Of a stretch of 38,570 nt of DNA, positions 18,185 through 26,069 are shown piece after piece. The stretch comes from Oscillospiraceae bacterium. GTDB lineage: Bacteria; Bacillota; Clostridia; Oscillospirales; Ruminococcaceae. Numbering within the stretch: position 1 is the first letter of the stretch; each line of letters begins with the position of its first letter. The notes beneath the pieces were generated by a model. It saw only the letters and a program-made list of their open reading frames with translations, was not told the DNA's origin and did no database searches. The position numbers and the translations under genes are program-made. The stretch spans positions 1-38,570 of the forward strand of contig JAGAJQ010000054.1 of the NCBI GenBank assembly GCA_017828955.1. The letters are read 5' to 3'.

Positions 18185-18973
18185 ATGAAGAAATTCATGA
18201 CAGTATCCATAATTTTCGCAATGCTTCTGTCTTTAACGGCTTGTGAAAAAACGGAAGAAAAGCACAACGCAGAAACAACAACTGCTATAACAACAGAAGA
18301 AGTTGCTACAACGGCTGAAACAACTGCTGTGACAACGGAAGAAGTTACAACAACTTCCGAAGAAACTATAACAGTAGCGGAAGAAACAACGGTTGCAACG
18401 GCAGAAACAAACGTTGCGGTAACAACCGCAGCGACCACTGCCGAAAAGAAAGGCCCTAAAACAGAAAGAACCGATGATGAAAAAAACGGCGTATACTACA
18501 TAAAGGAATATGACGATAAGGGCCGTGAAATTGCGGCTTACGGATACCGTATGAAAGACGATTCGCTTATTGCTTACTATACAAAAAAGTATGACAGCAA
18601 TAATGGTTACGAGATGAAAGTCTATGACGGGAATAAGAAACTCACAGGGCATGAATTCCGTGATGCAAAAGACAACCTTGTGAGAGTAAATGTTTTTTCT
18701 ACAAACGGATATGTTCTTTATAAAAGAAACGATAACGGAAGACTTATAAAAGAAGAACATTATAATGAAAACGGAGGTCTTGTCAGTTACTGGACATATA
18801 CTCCCGATGAAAACAGCAAGACAGTAAAGGCGGAGTATTATGATGTTGCGGGAGCGTTTACATATTACTATTCGGGAACGATAAACGAAAGAGGACAGTA
18901 TATACTCAACAAAAAACACTCCGCTGACGGAACAATTATACAGGAACTGGCGCCCGGAGAACAATTTACTTAA
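18185..18973 (+). CDS. Lipoprotein: Thr/Glu-rich linker + YD-like repeats
   Basis: Lipobox LLSLTAC and a TTEEV-type linker. The junction KGPKTERTD is shared with paralogues B and D. Repeats such as KEYDDKGRE and KKYDSNNGY. Confidence 0.8.
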   Translation: MKKFMTVSIIFAMLLSLTACEKTEEKHNAETTTAITTEEVATTAETTAVTTEEVTTTSEETITVAEETTVATAETNVAVTTAATTAEKKGPKTERTDDEKNGVYYIKEYDDKGREIAAYGYRMKDDSLIAYYTKKYDSNNGYEMKVYDGNKKLTGHEFRDAKDNLVRVNVFSTNGYVLYKRNDNGRLIKEEHYNENGGLVSYWTYTPDENSKTVKAEYYDVAGAFTYYYSGTINERGQYILNKKHSADGTIIQELAPGEQFT

Positions 18974-18994
18974 TATAGAGTAAGGAAGACAGAT

Positions 18995-19741
18995 ATGAAA
19001 AAAACAGAAATTATAGTTATAGTAACAATAGTGGTTCTCGCAATAGCGGCGATTGTTGTAGGTATCTTCGCTTTTAAGGGAACGGAAGAAACATCTGCAC
19101 CCAAGGAAGATAAAATCGGGAATTTCTTCTCTGAACTTTTTGAGAAAAAGCCCGAAGATGAAGATGTTGACCCCATTGAACCCGTGGAAACAACAGAAGA
19201 ACCCGATGAAACAGAACCCGAACCCGAAGACGATGAACCTTATGGTGATATTGATGATTTCTTCGAATATGATGACAACGGAAATATAATAGAAGAAGAT
19301 TACGGTGATTATGTTTTAAGACACGAATATGATCACAAAAACCGTAAGATAAGAACTATCACATACGACGGAAAGGGCGATATCCAGTATTGGAGCGATT
19401 TTGAATACAAAGGCGACAGTGACAAGCCCTCAAGAAAAGAAACCAAAGATGCCAACGATGAACATATCTCAACAATTATATATGAATACGGAAGCGACGG
19501 TTCATATACCGAATCAAGCTATCTCCCCAATGGTATTCTTATGGATAAAACATATTTTGATAAATCGGGATTTATAGTAAGGGCAGAATATTATTATAAG
19601 AATTATATGGCTCAGCTTTATGAATTCGACCCCGAAACATACTGTGCAAAGCAGACTGATTATGACGAAGACGGAAATGTCATCTATTATGCCGAATACG
19701 ACGAAAACGGCGATCTTGTAAAAGAAGAAACATATGATTAA
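18995..19741 (+). CDS. TM-anchored protein: acidic Pro/Glu/Asp linker + YD-like repeats
   Basis: N-terminal TM helix IIVIVTIVVLAIAAIVVGIFAF. Repeats FEYDDNGNIIEE, YDEDGNVIYYAEYDENGDLVKEE. Confidence 0.8.
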   Translation: MKKTEIIVIVTIVVLAIAAIVVGIFAFKGTEETSAPKEDKIGNFFSELFEKKPEDEDVDPIEPVETTEEPDETEPEPEDDEPYGDIDDFFEYDDNGNIIEEDYGDYVLRHEYDHKNRKIRTITYDGKGDIQYWSDFEYKGDSDKPSRKETKDANDEHISTIIYEYGSDGSYTESSYLPNGILMDKTYFDKSGFIVRAEYYYKNYMAQLYEFDPETYCAKQTDYDEDGNVIYYAEYDENGDLVKEETYD

Positions 19742-19747
19742 GAAAAA

Positions 19748-19786
19748 ATCCACACTCCCACAGGAGTGTGGATTTTTGTTTTTTTC
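19748..19786 (+). terminator. Rho-independent terminator
   Basis: 11-bp stem ATCCACACTCC / GGAGTGTGGAT with a 4-nt loop and a long T-run. Confidence 0.8.
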
Positions 19787-19857
19787 GACACAATCTTTGC
19801 TGATTTTGCAAACTGACTGAAAAACAAAATAATATTCTGATAGAATATTTTTGTCGG

Positions 19858-20169
19858 CTACATCGTTTTAAGCAGATCAAGGATAAGATCCTGCTGTTCG
19901 ATAGTCAGTTTGTTCCAGTTGTCAAGCAGTTCACGTTGTCTGTCGGATATGACAACAGGCGAGTTGTCAAAGGCGAAAAATTCCGAAAGAGAGATGTGGA
20001 ATGCTTCACAAATATTTATGAGCGATGGGATGGAAGGATTGATGTTCTTTTTAAACCATGAAGAAATCGTGGTCTGAGCAATTCCCGATTCTTCTGAAAG
20101 ACGGTATTCTGTCCATCCGCGCTCATTCTTCAGTTGAAGAATACGCTCTAAAACGGTTATGACTACCAC
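19858..20169 (-). CDS. XRE-family (Cro/C1-type HTH) transcriptional regulator
   Basis: LKNERGWTEYRLSEESGIAQTTISSWFKK is a typical HTH_3 motif. The start is uncertain: the listed GTG abuts the GGGAG of the RBS and there is no in-frame ATG. Confidence 0.75.
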   Translation of the reverse strand: MVVITVLERILQLKNERGWTEYRLSEESGIAQTTISSWFKKNINPSIPSLINICEAFHISLSEFFAFDNSPVVISDRQRELLDNWNKLTIEQQDLILDLLKTM

Positions 20170-20175
20170 CTCCCG

Positions 20176-20193
20176 CGATATATGTCTATATCG
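20176..20193. promoter_or_regulatory. Perfect palindrome CGATATA-TGTC-TATATCG (candidate operator)
   Basis: 7-bp inverted arms immediately upstream of the XRE gene. ATACGATT 8-mers at 20202 and 20246 flank the plus-strand promoter. Confidence 0.35.
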
Positions 20194-20214
20194 TTAATTT
20201 TATACGATTTTTCG

Positions 20215-20243
20215 TTGACAGGTAATAATTAAAATAGTATAAT
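20215..20243 (+). promoter_or_regulatory. Near-consensus sigma-A promoter at the head of the long plus-strand T7SS operon
   Basis: TTGACA, exactly 17 nt, TATAAT, about 40 nt upstream of paralogue B. Confidence 0.55.
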
Positions 20244-20284
20244 AAATACGATTATACTCATTATATGGAAAGAGGCTTTTTATT

Positions 20285-21442
20285 ATGCAGAAAAAATCAA
20301 AAATAATCATAATTTCAATAGTTTCGGCAATTCTTTTAATTGTCGGAATTTTTACTGCCATAGCGCTGACGGGTGCGGATAATCCGACGCAGGCAGTTGC
20401 GACAGAAAAACTCTCTCTCGGACAGAAATTTCTTTTAGACCTCGAATACGACAAGGCCGTTGCGGAATTCACAGCAGTTATTGATATTGAGCCTAAGAAT
20501 GTTGACGCTTACATAGGCCTTGCTGATGCCTATATCGGAATGGGTGATGAAGAAAAAGCCATTGAAACCCTCGAAAAAGGTTTTATGGAAACAGGCGATG
20601 AAACTATCAGGGCGAAACTTGAAGAATTGAAAGCAACATTTAAAGGACCAAAAACAGAACGAACAGATTATAAAAATGGTTATTATCGTATAGATGAATA
20701 TGATTCAAACGGAAATTTGATAAAAAGGAGTTATTACGATACCAAAGGTGTTCTTGGAAATTATCGTATATATGAATATGATTCAAATGGAAATAAGATA
20801 AAAGAAAGTTGTTACAACAGAAATGAAACGACTTATTATACAAACGAATATGACTTGAATGGAAATTGTATAAAAATAAGTTACTACAAAATAAACGGGA
20901 TTCTTTGTTATATAGATGAGTATAATTTAAACGGAAAGTTGATAAAAAAGAGTTATTACAACGCCGATGGAACATATAGCTCGATACACGAATACGATTC
21001 AAACGGAATTTTGATAAAAAATAGTTATTACAACGCCGACGGAACGCTTGATTATATACTGGAATACGATTCAGACGGGAAATTGATAAGAGAAAACCAT
21101 TACAATGCCGACGGAATTTTTGATTGTATGCATGAATACGATTCGAAAGGTATTTTGATAAAAAGAAGTTGGTATAACCCCGATGGAACACTTATTGATT
21201 ATTACATATGCGAATGCAATTCAAATGGAAAATTGATAAAAGAAAACCATTACAATGCCGACGGGATTTTTGATTGTATATTGGAATACGATGTATATGG
21301 TAATGAAATAAAAAGAAGTTGGTATAACCCCGACGGAACGCTTATTGATTATTACACATACGAATACGATTCAGAGAGCCAACTTATAAAAGAAAATCAT
21401 TACGATGCCGACGGAACGCTTATCGAAGAATACACCTACTAA
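20285..21442 (+). CDS. Paralogue B: TM anchor + TPR module + YD-like repeats (no Thr-rich linker)
   Basis: The N-terminal ~110 aa is nearly identical to A, D and E. Junction KGPKTERTD, then about 11 repeats (EYDSNGNLIKRSYY, YNADGTLDYILEYDSDGKLIRENHY). Confidence 0.85.
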   Translation: MQKKSKIIIISIVSAILLIVGIFTAIALTGADNPTQAVATEKLSLGQKFLLDLEYDKAVAEFTAVIDIEPKNVDAYIGLADAYIGMGDEEKAIETLEKGFMETGDETIRAKLEELKATFKGPKTERTDYKNGYYRIDEYDSNGNLIKRSYYDTKGVLGNYRIYEYDSNGNKIKESCYNRNETTYYTNEYDLNGNCIKISYYKINGILCYIDEYNLNGKLIKKSYYNADGTYSSIHEYDSNGILIKNSYYNADGTLDYILEYDSDGKLIRENHYNADGIFDCMHEYDSKGILIKRSWYNPDGTLIDYYICECNSNGKLIKENHYNADGIFDCILEYDVYGNEIKRSWYNPDGTLIDYYTYEYDSESQLIKENHYDADGTLIEEYTY

Positions 21443-21460
21443 CCCAAGGAGGAAAATAAA

Positions 21461-22126
21461 ATGAAAACAAAAATCTTATGTTACATAATCGACGGAATAA
21501 TACTCATATCGCTTATTGCGGTATGGGTTTATGTTCTTTTAACAGAAATGCCCATGAAATCAATAATCGCGATAGCGCTTATCTCGCTTGTCCTCATAAT
21601 ACTCGGCGGAGTTGTTCTTTTTGTGGCGATGAGAAGTGAAAGCGGAGAAAAGTCTGTTAAAAAACAGGTTGAAGAAAAAGAAGAAGTTCCCGTTATCGAA
21701 AAGCCTGAACCTGTTACTAAAAACAACGACGATCCGGAAACTGATATTATGCTAAAAGAACCGACAACAGAGATCATACTTGACAAAGGGTCTGACAAAA
21801 CAGAAATCATTCCTCAGAAGAGAAGTTTTTATGTAAAACTTCAGGATAAGAACAACTCTGTAAAGACATATCAGACATATTTTGACACAGAGGCTATCAT
21901 CGGAAGACATGAAGGAAACTGCAATATTGTCCTTGCGGATGAAAAGAGCGTTTCAAGACGCCATTGCAGACTTTTTGTCGATAAGGACAGAATTATGGCG
22001 GAGGACTTAGGGTCTTCAAACAGAACTTATGTAAACGGAATTCAGGTTGAGGGACGTGCACTTGAAATAAAAAGCGGAGATGAACTCAGAATGGGCAGAG
22101 CGATATTTATTGTCACAATAAATTAA
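21461..22126 (+). CDS. Membrane-anchored FHA-domain protein
   Basis: Two N-terminal TM helices and an acidic linker containing TTEII and KTEII. The C-terminal FHA domain has canonical phosphothreonine-binding residues (IIGRHE, SVSRRH, SSNRTYVNG). Confidence 0.85.
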   Translation: MKTKILCYIIDGIILISLIAVWVYVLLTEMPMKSIIAIALISLVLIILGGVVLFVAMRSESGEKSVKKQVEEKEEVPVIEKPEPVTKNNDDPETDIMLKEPTTEIILDKGSDKTEIIPQKRSFYVKLQDKNNSVKTYQTYFDTEAIIGRHEGNCNIVLADEKSVSRRHCRLFVDKDRIMAEDLGSSNRTYVNGIQVEGRALEIKSGDELRMGRAIFIVTIN

Positions 22127-22139
22127 GGGAGAGAACTCT

Positions 22140-23624
22140 ATGAAATACTGTGAATATACAAATACAGGAATAATCCGAAGCGTCAATCAGGACAGCCTTC
22201 TTTCGCTCTCGATGAACGGCTCGGGGCTTTTTGTCGTTGCCGACGGAATGGGCGGACATATAGACGGAGAGATTGCCAGCAAGGCTGTTAAAAAGGCCTG
22301 TCAGAAATGGTGGAACACATCTTTTATGGAAAATTCAGATATGGATTTTCTTCTGGCGGTTGAAGAAATCAAGGCAGCGATTGAAATTGTCAACAAAAAT
22401 CTCATAAAGAAAATGGAAGGTACGGGAAAAATCTGCGGAACAACCGTTGCCGTTGTTTTCATTCATAACGGTGCTTATGCCGCTATGAATATAGGCGACA
22501 GCAGAATATATCTTTCGAATAAAAGAGGTGTGCGTAAAATTTCATTTGACCACACCTTGAATTCGTTTGAGGAGATAAAAAACACCGCTCTTTCTGAAAA
22601 GGATAAACTTACTCAGGCGATAGGTGTTAAAGAAGATCTCAGCTGGTACACGGCGACAGATACACTCAAAAACGACGAAAAATTCTTTATCTGCACAGAC
22701 GGTGTTTATAAATACACAGAAGAGGAAGACCTTTTTTCTGCAATAAAGAATTACTCAGAAGAGGAAGAGATAAAGAAGGAAATCGAAAAGCAGGTTATCT
22801 TAGGCGGTGCGCCTGATAACTTTTCTTTTATTGCAATAGATATGAGAAAAGAAAAAGCCTCGGTTTCAAGAAAGCCTCTTATCATCGTTTCGGCGATAGC
22901 GGTTGCACTTTTCGTTATATTCACAGTGATTTTTGCGGTTGCCGTTTCGGGAGATAAAGGAGAAAATATACAGACTGTTATGTCTGAAAAACTCTCCCTC
23001 GGTCAGAAATTTCTTTTAGACCTCGAATACGACAAGGCTGTTGCAGAATTCACAGCCGTTATTGATATCGAGCCTAAGAATGTCGACGCTTATATGGGGC
23101 TTGCTTCTGCTTATATCGGTATGGGTGAAAAGGATAAGGCTATTGAAACTCTCGAAAAGGGTCTTATGGAAACGGACGACGAAACTATCAGGGCAAAACT
23201 TATGGAACTCAAAACCCCCGAAGAAACAACAGCAGAGGTGACTACTACCCCCGAAGAAACAACCCCCGAGACTACAACAACCCCTGAGGAGACGACAACT
23301 GTTCCTGAAACGACAATGGTTGTAACTACACAAAAAGCAGCAACAATAAAAAAATTCGAATATGAAGATGAGGATATTATAAGTGAATTTGATTCAAATG
23401 GAAGAATAATAAAAAGAAGTATCTATAAGAAAGACGGAACACTTTTAGAATACGAAATATATGGATACGATTCATACGGGAATATGTCAGAAGGATATTT
23501 TTATAAAGCAGACGGAACACTTCTTCGTTATTTCAGAGAAAAATACGATGAGAACGGAAGGATTGTAGATGCGACTATTAAAGTTTTAGAAGGAACAGCA
23601 TCTCCAATGGGAATTGTGCAATAA
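22140..23624 (+). CDS. PP2C (PPM) Ser/Thr phosphatase fused via a TM helix to the paralogue TPR + linker + YD-like ectodomain
   Basis: PPM motifs NQDS, VVADGMGGH, GDSRIY and TDGV. TM helix LIIVSAIAVALFVIFTVIFAVAV. This is followed by KLSLGQKFLLDLEYDKAVAEFTAVIDIEPKNVDAYMGL, a TTTPEETT linker and FDSNGRIIKRSIY repeats. Confidence 0.85.
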   Translation: MKYCEYTNTGIIRSVNQDSLLSLSMNGSGLFVVADGMGGHIDGEIASKAVKKACQKWWNTSFMENSDMDFLLAVEEIKAAIEIVNKNLIKKMEGTGKICGTTVAVVFIHNGAYAAMNIGDSRIYLSNKRGVRKISFDHTLNSFEEIKNTALSEKDKLTQAIGVKEDLSWYTATDTLKNDEKFFICTDGVYKYTEEEDLFSAIKNYSEEEEIKKEIEKQVILGGAPDNFSFIAIDMRKEKASVSRKPLIIVSAIAVALFVIFTVIFAVAVSGDKGENIQTVMSEKLSLGQKFLLDLEYDKAVAEFTAVIDIEPKNVDAYMGLASAYIGMGEKDKAIETLEKGLMETDDETIRAKLMELKTPEETTAEVTTTPEETTPETTTTPEETTTVPETTMVVTTQKAATIKKFEYEDEDIISEFDSNGRIIKRSIYKKDGTLLEYEIYGYDSYGNMSEGYFYKADGTLLRYFREKYDENGRIVDATIKVLEGTASPMGIVQ

Positions 23625-23681
23625 TATCTGACAAAATATCCGAATCGGATAAAACCTACTAACCCACCATGGAGGAAGATT

Positions 23682-25898
23682 ATGTTTAAGCAAGGCGAAT
23701 TACTCAACGGAACATACAAGATAATCGAAAATATAGGCTCGGGCGGTGGCGGAGAAATCTATAAAGCCTATCATACACACCTCGATTGTTATGTTGCCGT
23801 TAAACTTATAAAGGATAACATCAAGGGAAAACTTGATGACAGGGCAGAAGCCGATATCCTCAAAAAAATAAAACATTCATATCTTCCTCAGGTTTATGAC
23901 TTTGTCATCACTGACGAGGGGGATGTCTATACGGTTATGGAATTCGTTGAGGGGATGTCTTTTTCAGAGCATCTCAAAAACGGAAAGACATTCACAAACG
24001 CACAGGTTATAAAATACGCAAAGCAGGCTTGTGAGGCACTTTCATACCTGCATACAAGAAAACCCGCTATTGTCCACAGTGATATCAAACCTGCGAATAT
24101 TATGCTTACTCCCGATGACAATATCTGCATAATAGACTTCAACATCTCGTCTGTACTCAGTGAAGGAGGAGCGTTTGCTGTCGGCAAAAGCGACGGATAT
24201 TCTCCCCCTGAGCAGTATGTAAAGAAGAACAAGACGGAAAAAGCAAAGACAGATAAAACATCAACAATAACAGAAACAGAAATCTTAGGCGAAACAGAAT
24301 TTGACAGTTTTGAAGAAGATACTTCGATAACAGTTACAACCATAACAGAAATCGAGGAGACAGAAGCTGTTACAGACATAGTAGGAGAAGAGAAAGAAGA
24401 AACTGATATCACTCCCGAAAAGAGCAGTAGTTTTGCCTCAAAGATGATAGTTTCAAAAGCGATTATTGATGAACGTTCAGATGTTTATGCCCTTGGCGCA
24501 ACACTTTATCATCTCATCAGCGGAAAAAGACCTGAAAAGTCGACAGATGGTGTTACTCCCATAAACAAACTCGATACAGAGGCAAGCTACGGACTTCGCT
24601 GTATCATTTCAAAGGCTATGGAAAATTCTCCGAAAAAGAGATATGCAAACGCAGGGGAGATGCTTATTGCCCTTGAAAATATTCACAGTATGGAAAAGCT
24701 ATATAAAAGCTTTACTTTAAGAAACCGCATAATCTATGCCCTTTTGATTTTGGGAACAGCCTTTTTCTCTGTTCTTGCCTTTATGGGATATAAGAGAATC
24801 GGAACAGAAAATGCCATGGCATATAAGGAGTATACAGAAAAGCTCGTCGTTTTAAGAGAAAAGGGCGACGAAAAGGGCTTTGAAGAAATCTATCAGAAGG
24901 CAGAGGCTATCTATAACGACAGACTCGATATCCATTTTCAGAAAGCACTCTTTCTTTTTGAAAAGGGTGAATATGATAACTGTCTTTCATATATGGATGA
25001 AATAATGAGAAATCATCCCGAATACACGGACGATGCCGAAATGGCGGACCTTTTATTCGTTCATGCAAACTGTTATTTTGAAAAAGAGGATTATTCTTCG
25101 GCTATCATAAAATACAAATCCGCGATAGATAAAAAATCGGATAACGGAGAATATTACCGCGACTATGCAATTTCTCTCGCGAGAACGGGCGAGCCGGACA
25201 AGGCTTCGGAAGTTCTGAAAAGGGCGACAGAACTCGGTCTTTCGGAAGAAAATATATGCCTCGTTGACGGCGAAATAGATTTTGTAAGAGGAAGATATGA
25301 AGAGGCTGAAAAATCGCTTTTGAAATGTATATCCGTTTCATCTGATGAATACATAAAACAGCGTGCGTATATTCTTATAAACAAGGTTTATTCAAAAACG
25401 GGCGAAACCGCAAAGAATACGGAAATTCTCGAAAAGGCTTTAAAGGAACTTCCCGAAGAAAGACTTTACAGCATATATGAGCTTCTTTCACAATGCTATC
25501 TTGATATGGGAAAAGAAACGGGTGAAAACGACTATTATCTCAAAGCCGTTGATATTTTTTCGGTTATGCAGAAAAAGGGTTTCGGCGGATACAGAGTTTC
25601 TGAAAATAAGGCTGTCGCTTATTATACAATAGGCGATTGCGAGTCGGCAAAGGCGGAACTGAATAAGATGAAAGAGGATTTCGGAGAAAATTATAGAACA
25701 GATATGTATCTCGCTTTCTGCGAACTTCGTGAAGAGTCTGAAAAAAGCAATAACAAGAGAGACTATTCGGATTTTCTCAAATATTACAATAACGCGAAAA
25801 GCCTTTATGAAAAAGAGGCAGAGGATGGTATGACCGATATGGAAATGCAGGTTCTCACGGACACATATCATCAGCTAAAAGAGGGCAACTGGTTTTAA
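23682..25898 (+). CDS. Membrane Hanks-type Ser/Thr protein kinase with C-terminal TPR-like domain
   Basis: G-loop GSGGGGEIYKA, VAVK lysine, catalytic loop HSDIKPANIML (non-RD), DFN and SPPE. A ~70-aa Thr/Glu-rich insert precedes SDVYALG. One TM helix (IIYALLILGTAFFSVLAFMGY), then ~370 aa of helical TPR-like repeats. Confidence 0.9.
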   Translation: MFKQGELLNGTYKIIENIGSGGGGEIYKAYHTHLDCYVAVKLIKDNIKGKLDDRAEADILKKIKHSYLPQVYDFVITDEGDVYTVMEFVEGMSFSEHLKNGKTFTNAQVIKYAKQACEALSYLHTRKPAIVHSDIKPANIMLTPDDNICIIDFNISSVLSEGGAFAVGKSDGYSPPEQYVKKNKTEKAKTDKTSTITETEILGETEFDSFEEDTSITVTTITEIEETEAVTDIVGEEKEETDITPEKSSSFASKMIVSKAIIDERSDVYALGATLYHLISGKRPEKSTDGVTPINKLDTEASYGLRCIISKAMENSPKKRYANAGEMLIALENIHSMEKLYKSFTLRNRIIYALLILGTAFFSVLAFMGYKRIGTENAMAYKEYTEKLVVLREKGDEKGFEEIYQKAEAIYNDRLDIHFQKALFLFEKGEYDNCLSYMDEIMRNHPEYTDDAEMADLLFVHANCYFEKEDYSSAIIKYKSAIDKKSDNGEYYRDYAISLARTGEPDKASEVLKRATELGLSEENICLVDGEIDFVRGRYEEAEKSLLKCISVSSDEYIKQRAYILINKVYSKTGETAKNTEILEKALKELPEERLYSIYELLSQCYLDMGKETGENDYYLKAVDIFSVMQKKGFGGYRVSENKAVAYYTIGDCESAKAELNKMKEDFGENYRTDMYLAFCELREESEKSNNKRDYSDFLKYYNNAKSLYEKEAEDGMTDMEMQVLTDTYHQLKEGNWF

Positions 25899-25910
25899 GG
25901 AGTTTTAGAT

Positions 25911-26066
25911 ATGATTGAATTTATAAAGAATCTTTCTGTCGGCGAGCTTATGTTCTATGGCGGAATTTCAGGCGCAGGGCTTTGCGTTATCGCGATGATA
26001 GTGGGAATTCCCCTTACAAACCTCGGCAAAAAGCAGGTTAAGAACAAAATAGACAAGGAGTATTAA
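25911..26066 (+). CDS. Small membrane protein (51 aa), absent from the ORF track
   Basis: RBS AAGGAG 8 nt upstream of the ATG. Sequence MIEFIKNLSVGELMFYGGISGAGLCVIAMIVGIPLTNLGKKQVKNKIDKEY has one TM helix and a basic tail. It exactly fills the gap between the kinase gene and paralogue D. Confidence 0.5.
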   Translation: MIEFIKNLSVGELMFYGGISGAGLCVIAMIVGIPLTNLGKKQVKNKIDKEY

Positions 26067-26069
26067 ACT

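Noticed and set aside
18233-18964. Long minus-strand ORFs inside strongly supported plus-strand genes: 18233-18964 (243 aa), 20640-21191 (183 aa), 17337-17741, 23927-24412, 31109-31651, 25488-25871, and on the other side 10805-11266.
   Set aside because: They lie antisense to genes with clear domains and ribosome-binding sites. Their translations are low-complexity (Phe/Cys/Arg/Ser-rich), they lack an RBS, and their length is explained by the codon bias and repeats of the real genes.
16845-21442. YD-repeat proteins as classical Rhs/polymorphic toxins.
   Set aside because: They are too short to form an Rhs shell. They have no Rhs core or PxxxxDPxGL-type cleavage motif and no C-terminal toxin domain. 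They carry lipoprotein or TM anchors instead.
21436-23670. The identical 12-mer CCTACTAACCCA just upstream of the RBS of both the FHA gene (21436) and the kinase gene (23655), as a possible duplication scar.
   Set aside because: Random 12-mer matches are expected in a window of this size. The positional coincidence is suggestive but not sufficient without an alignment of longer flanks.
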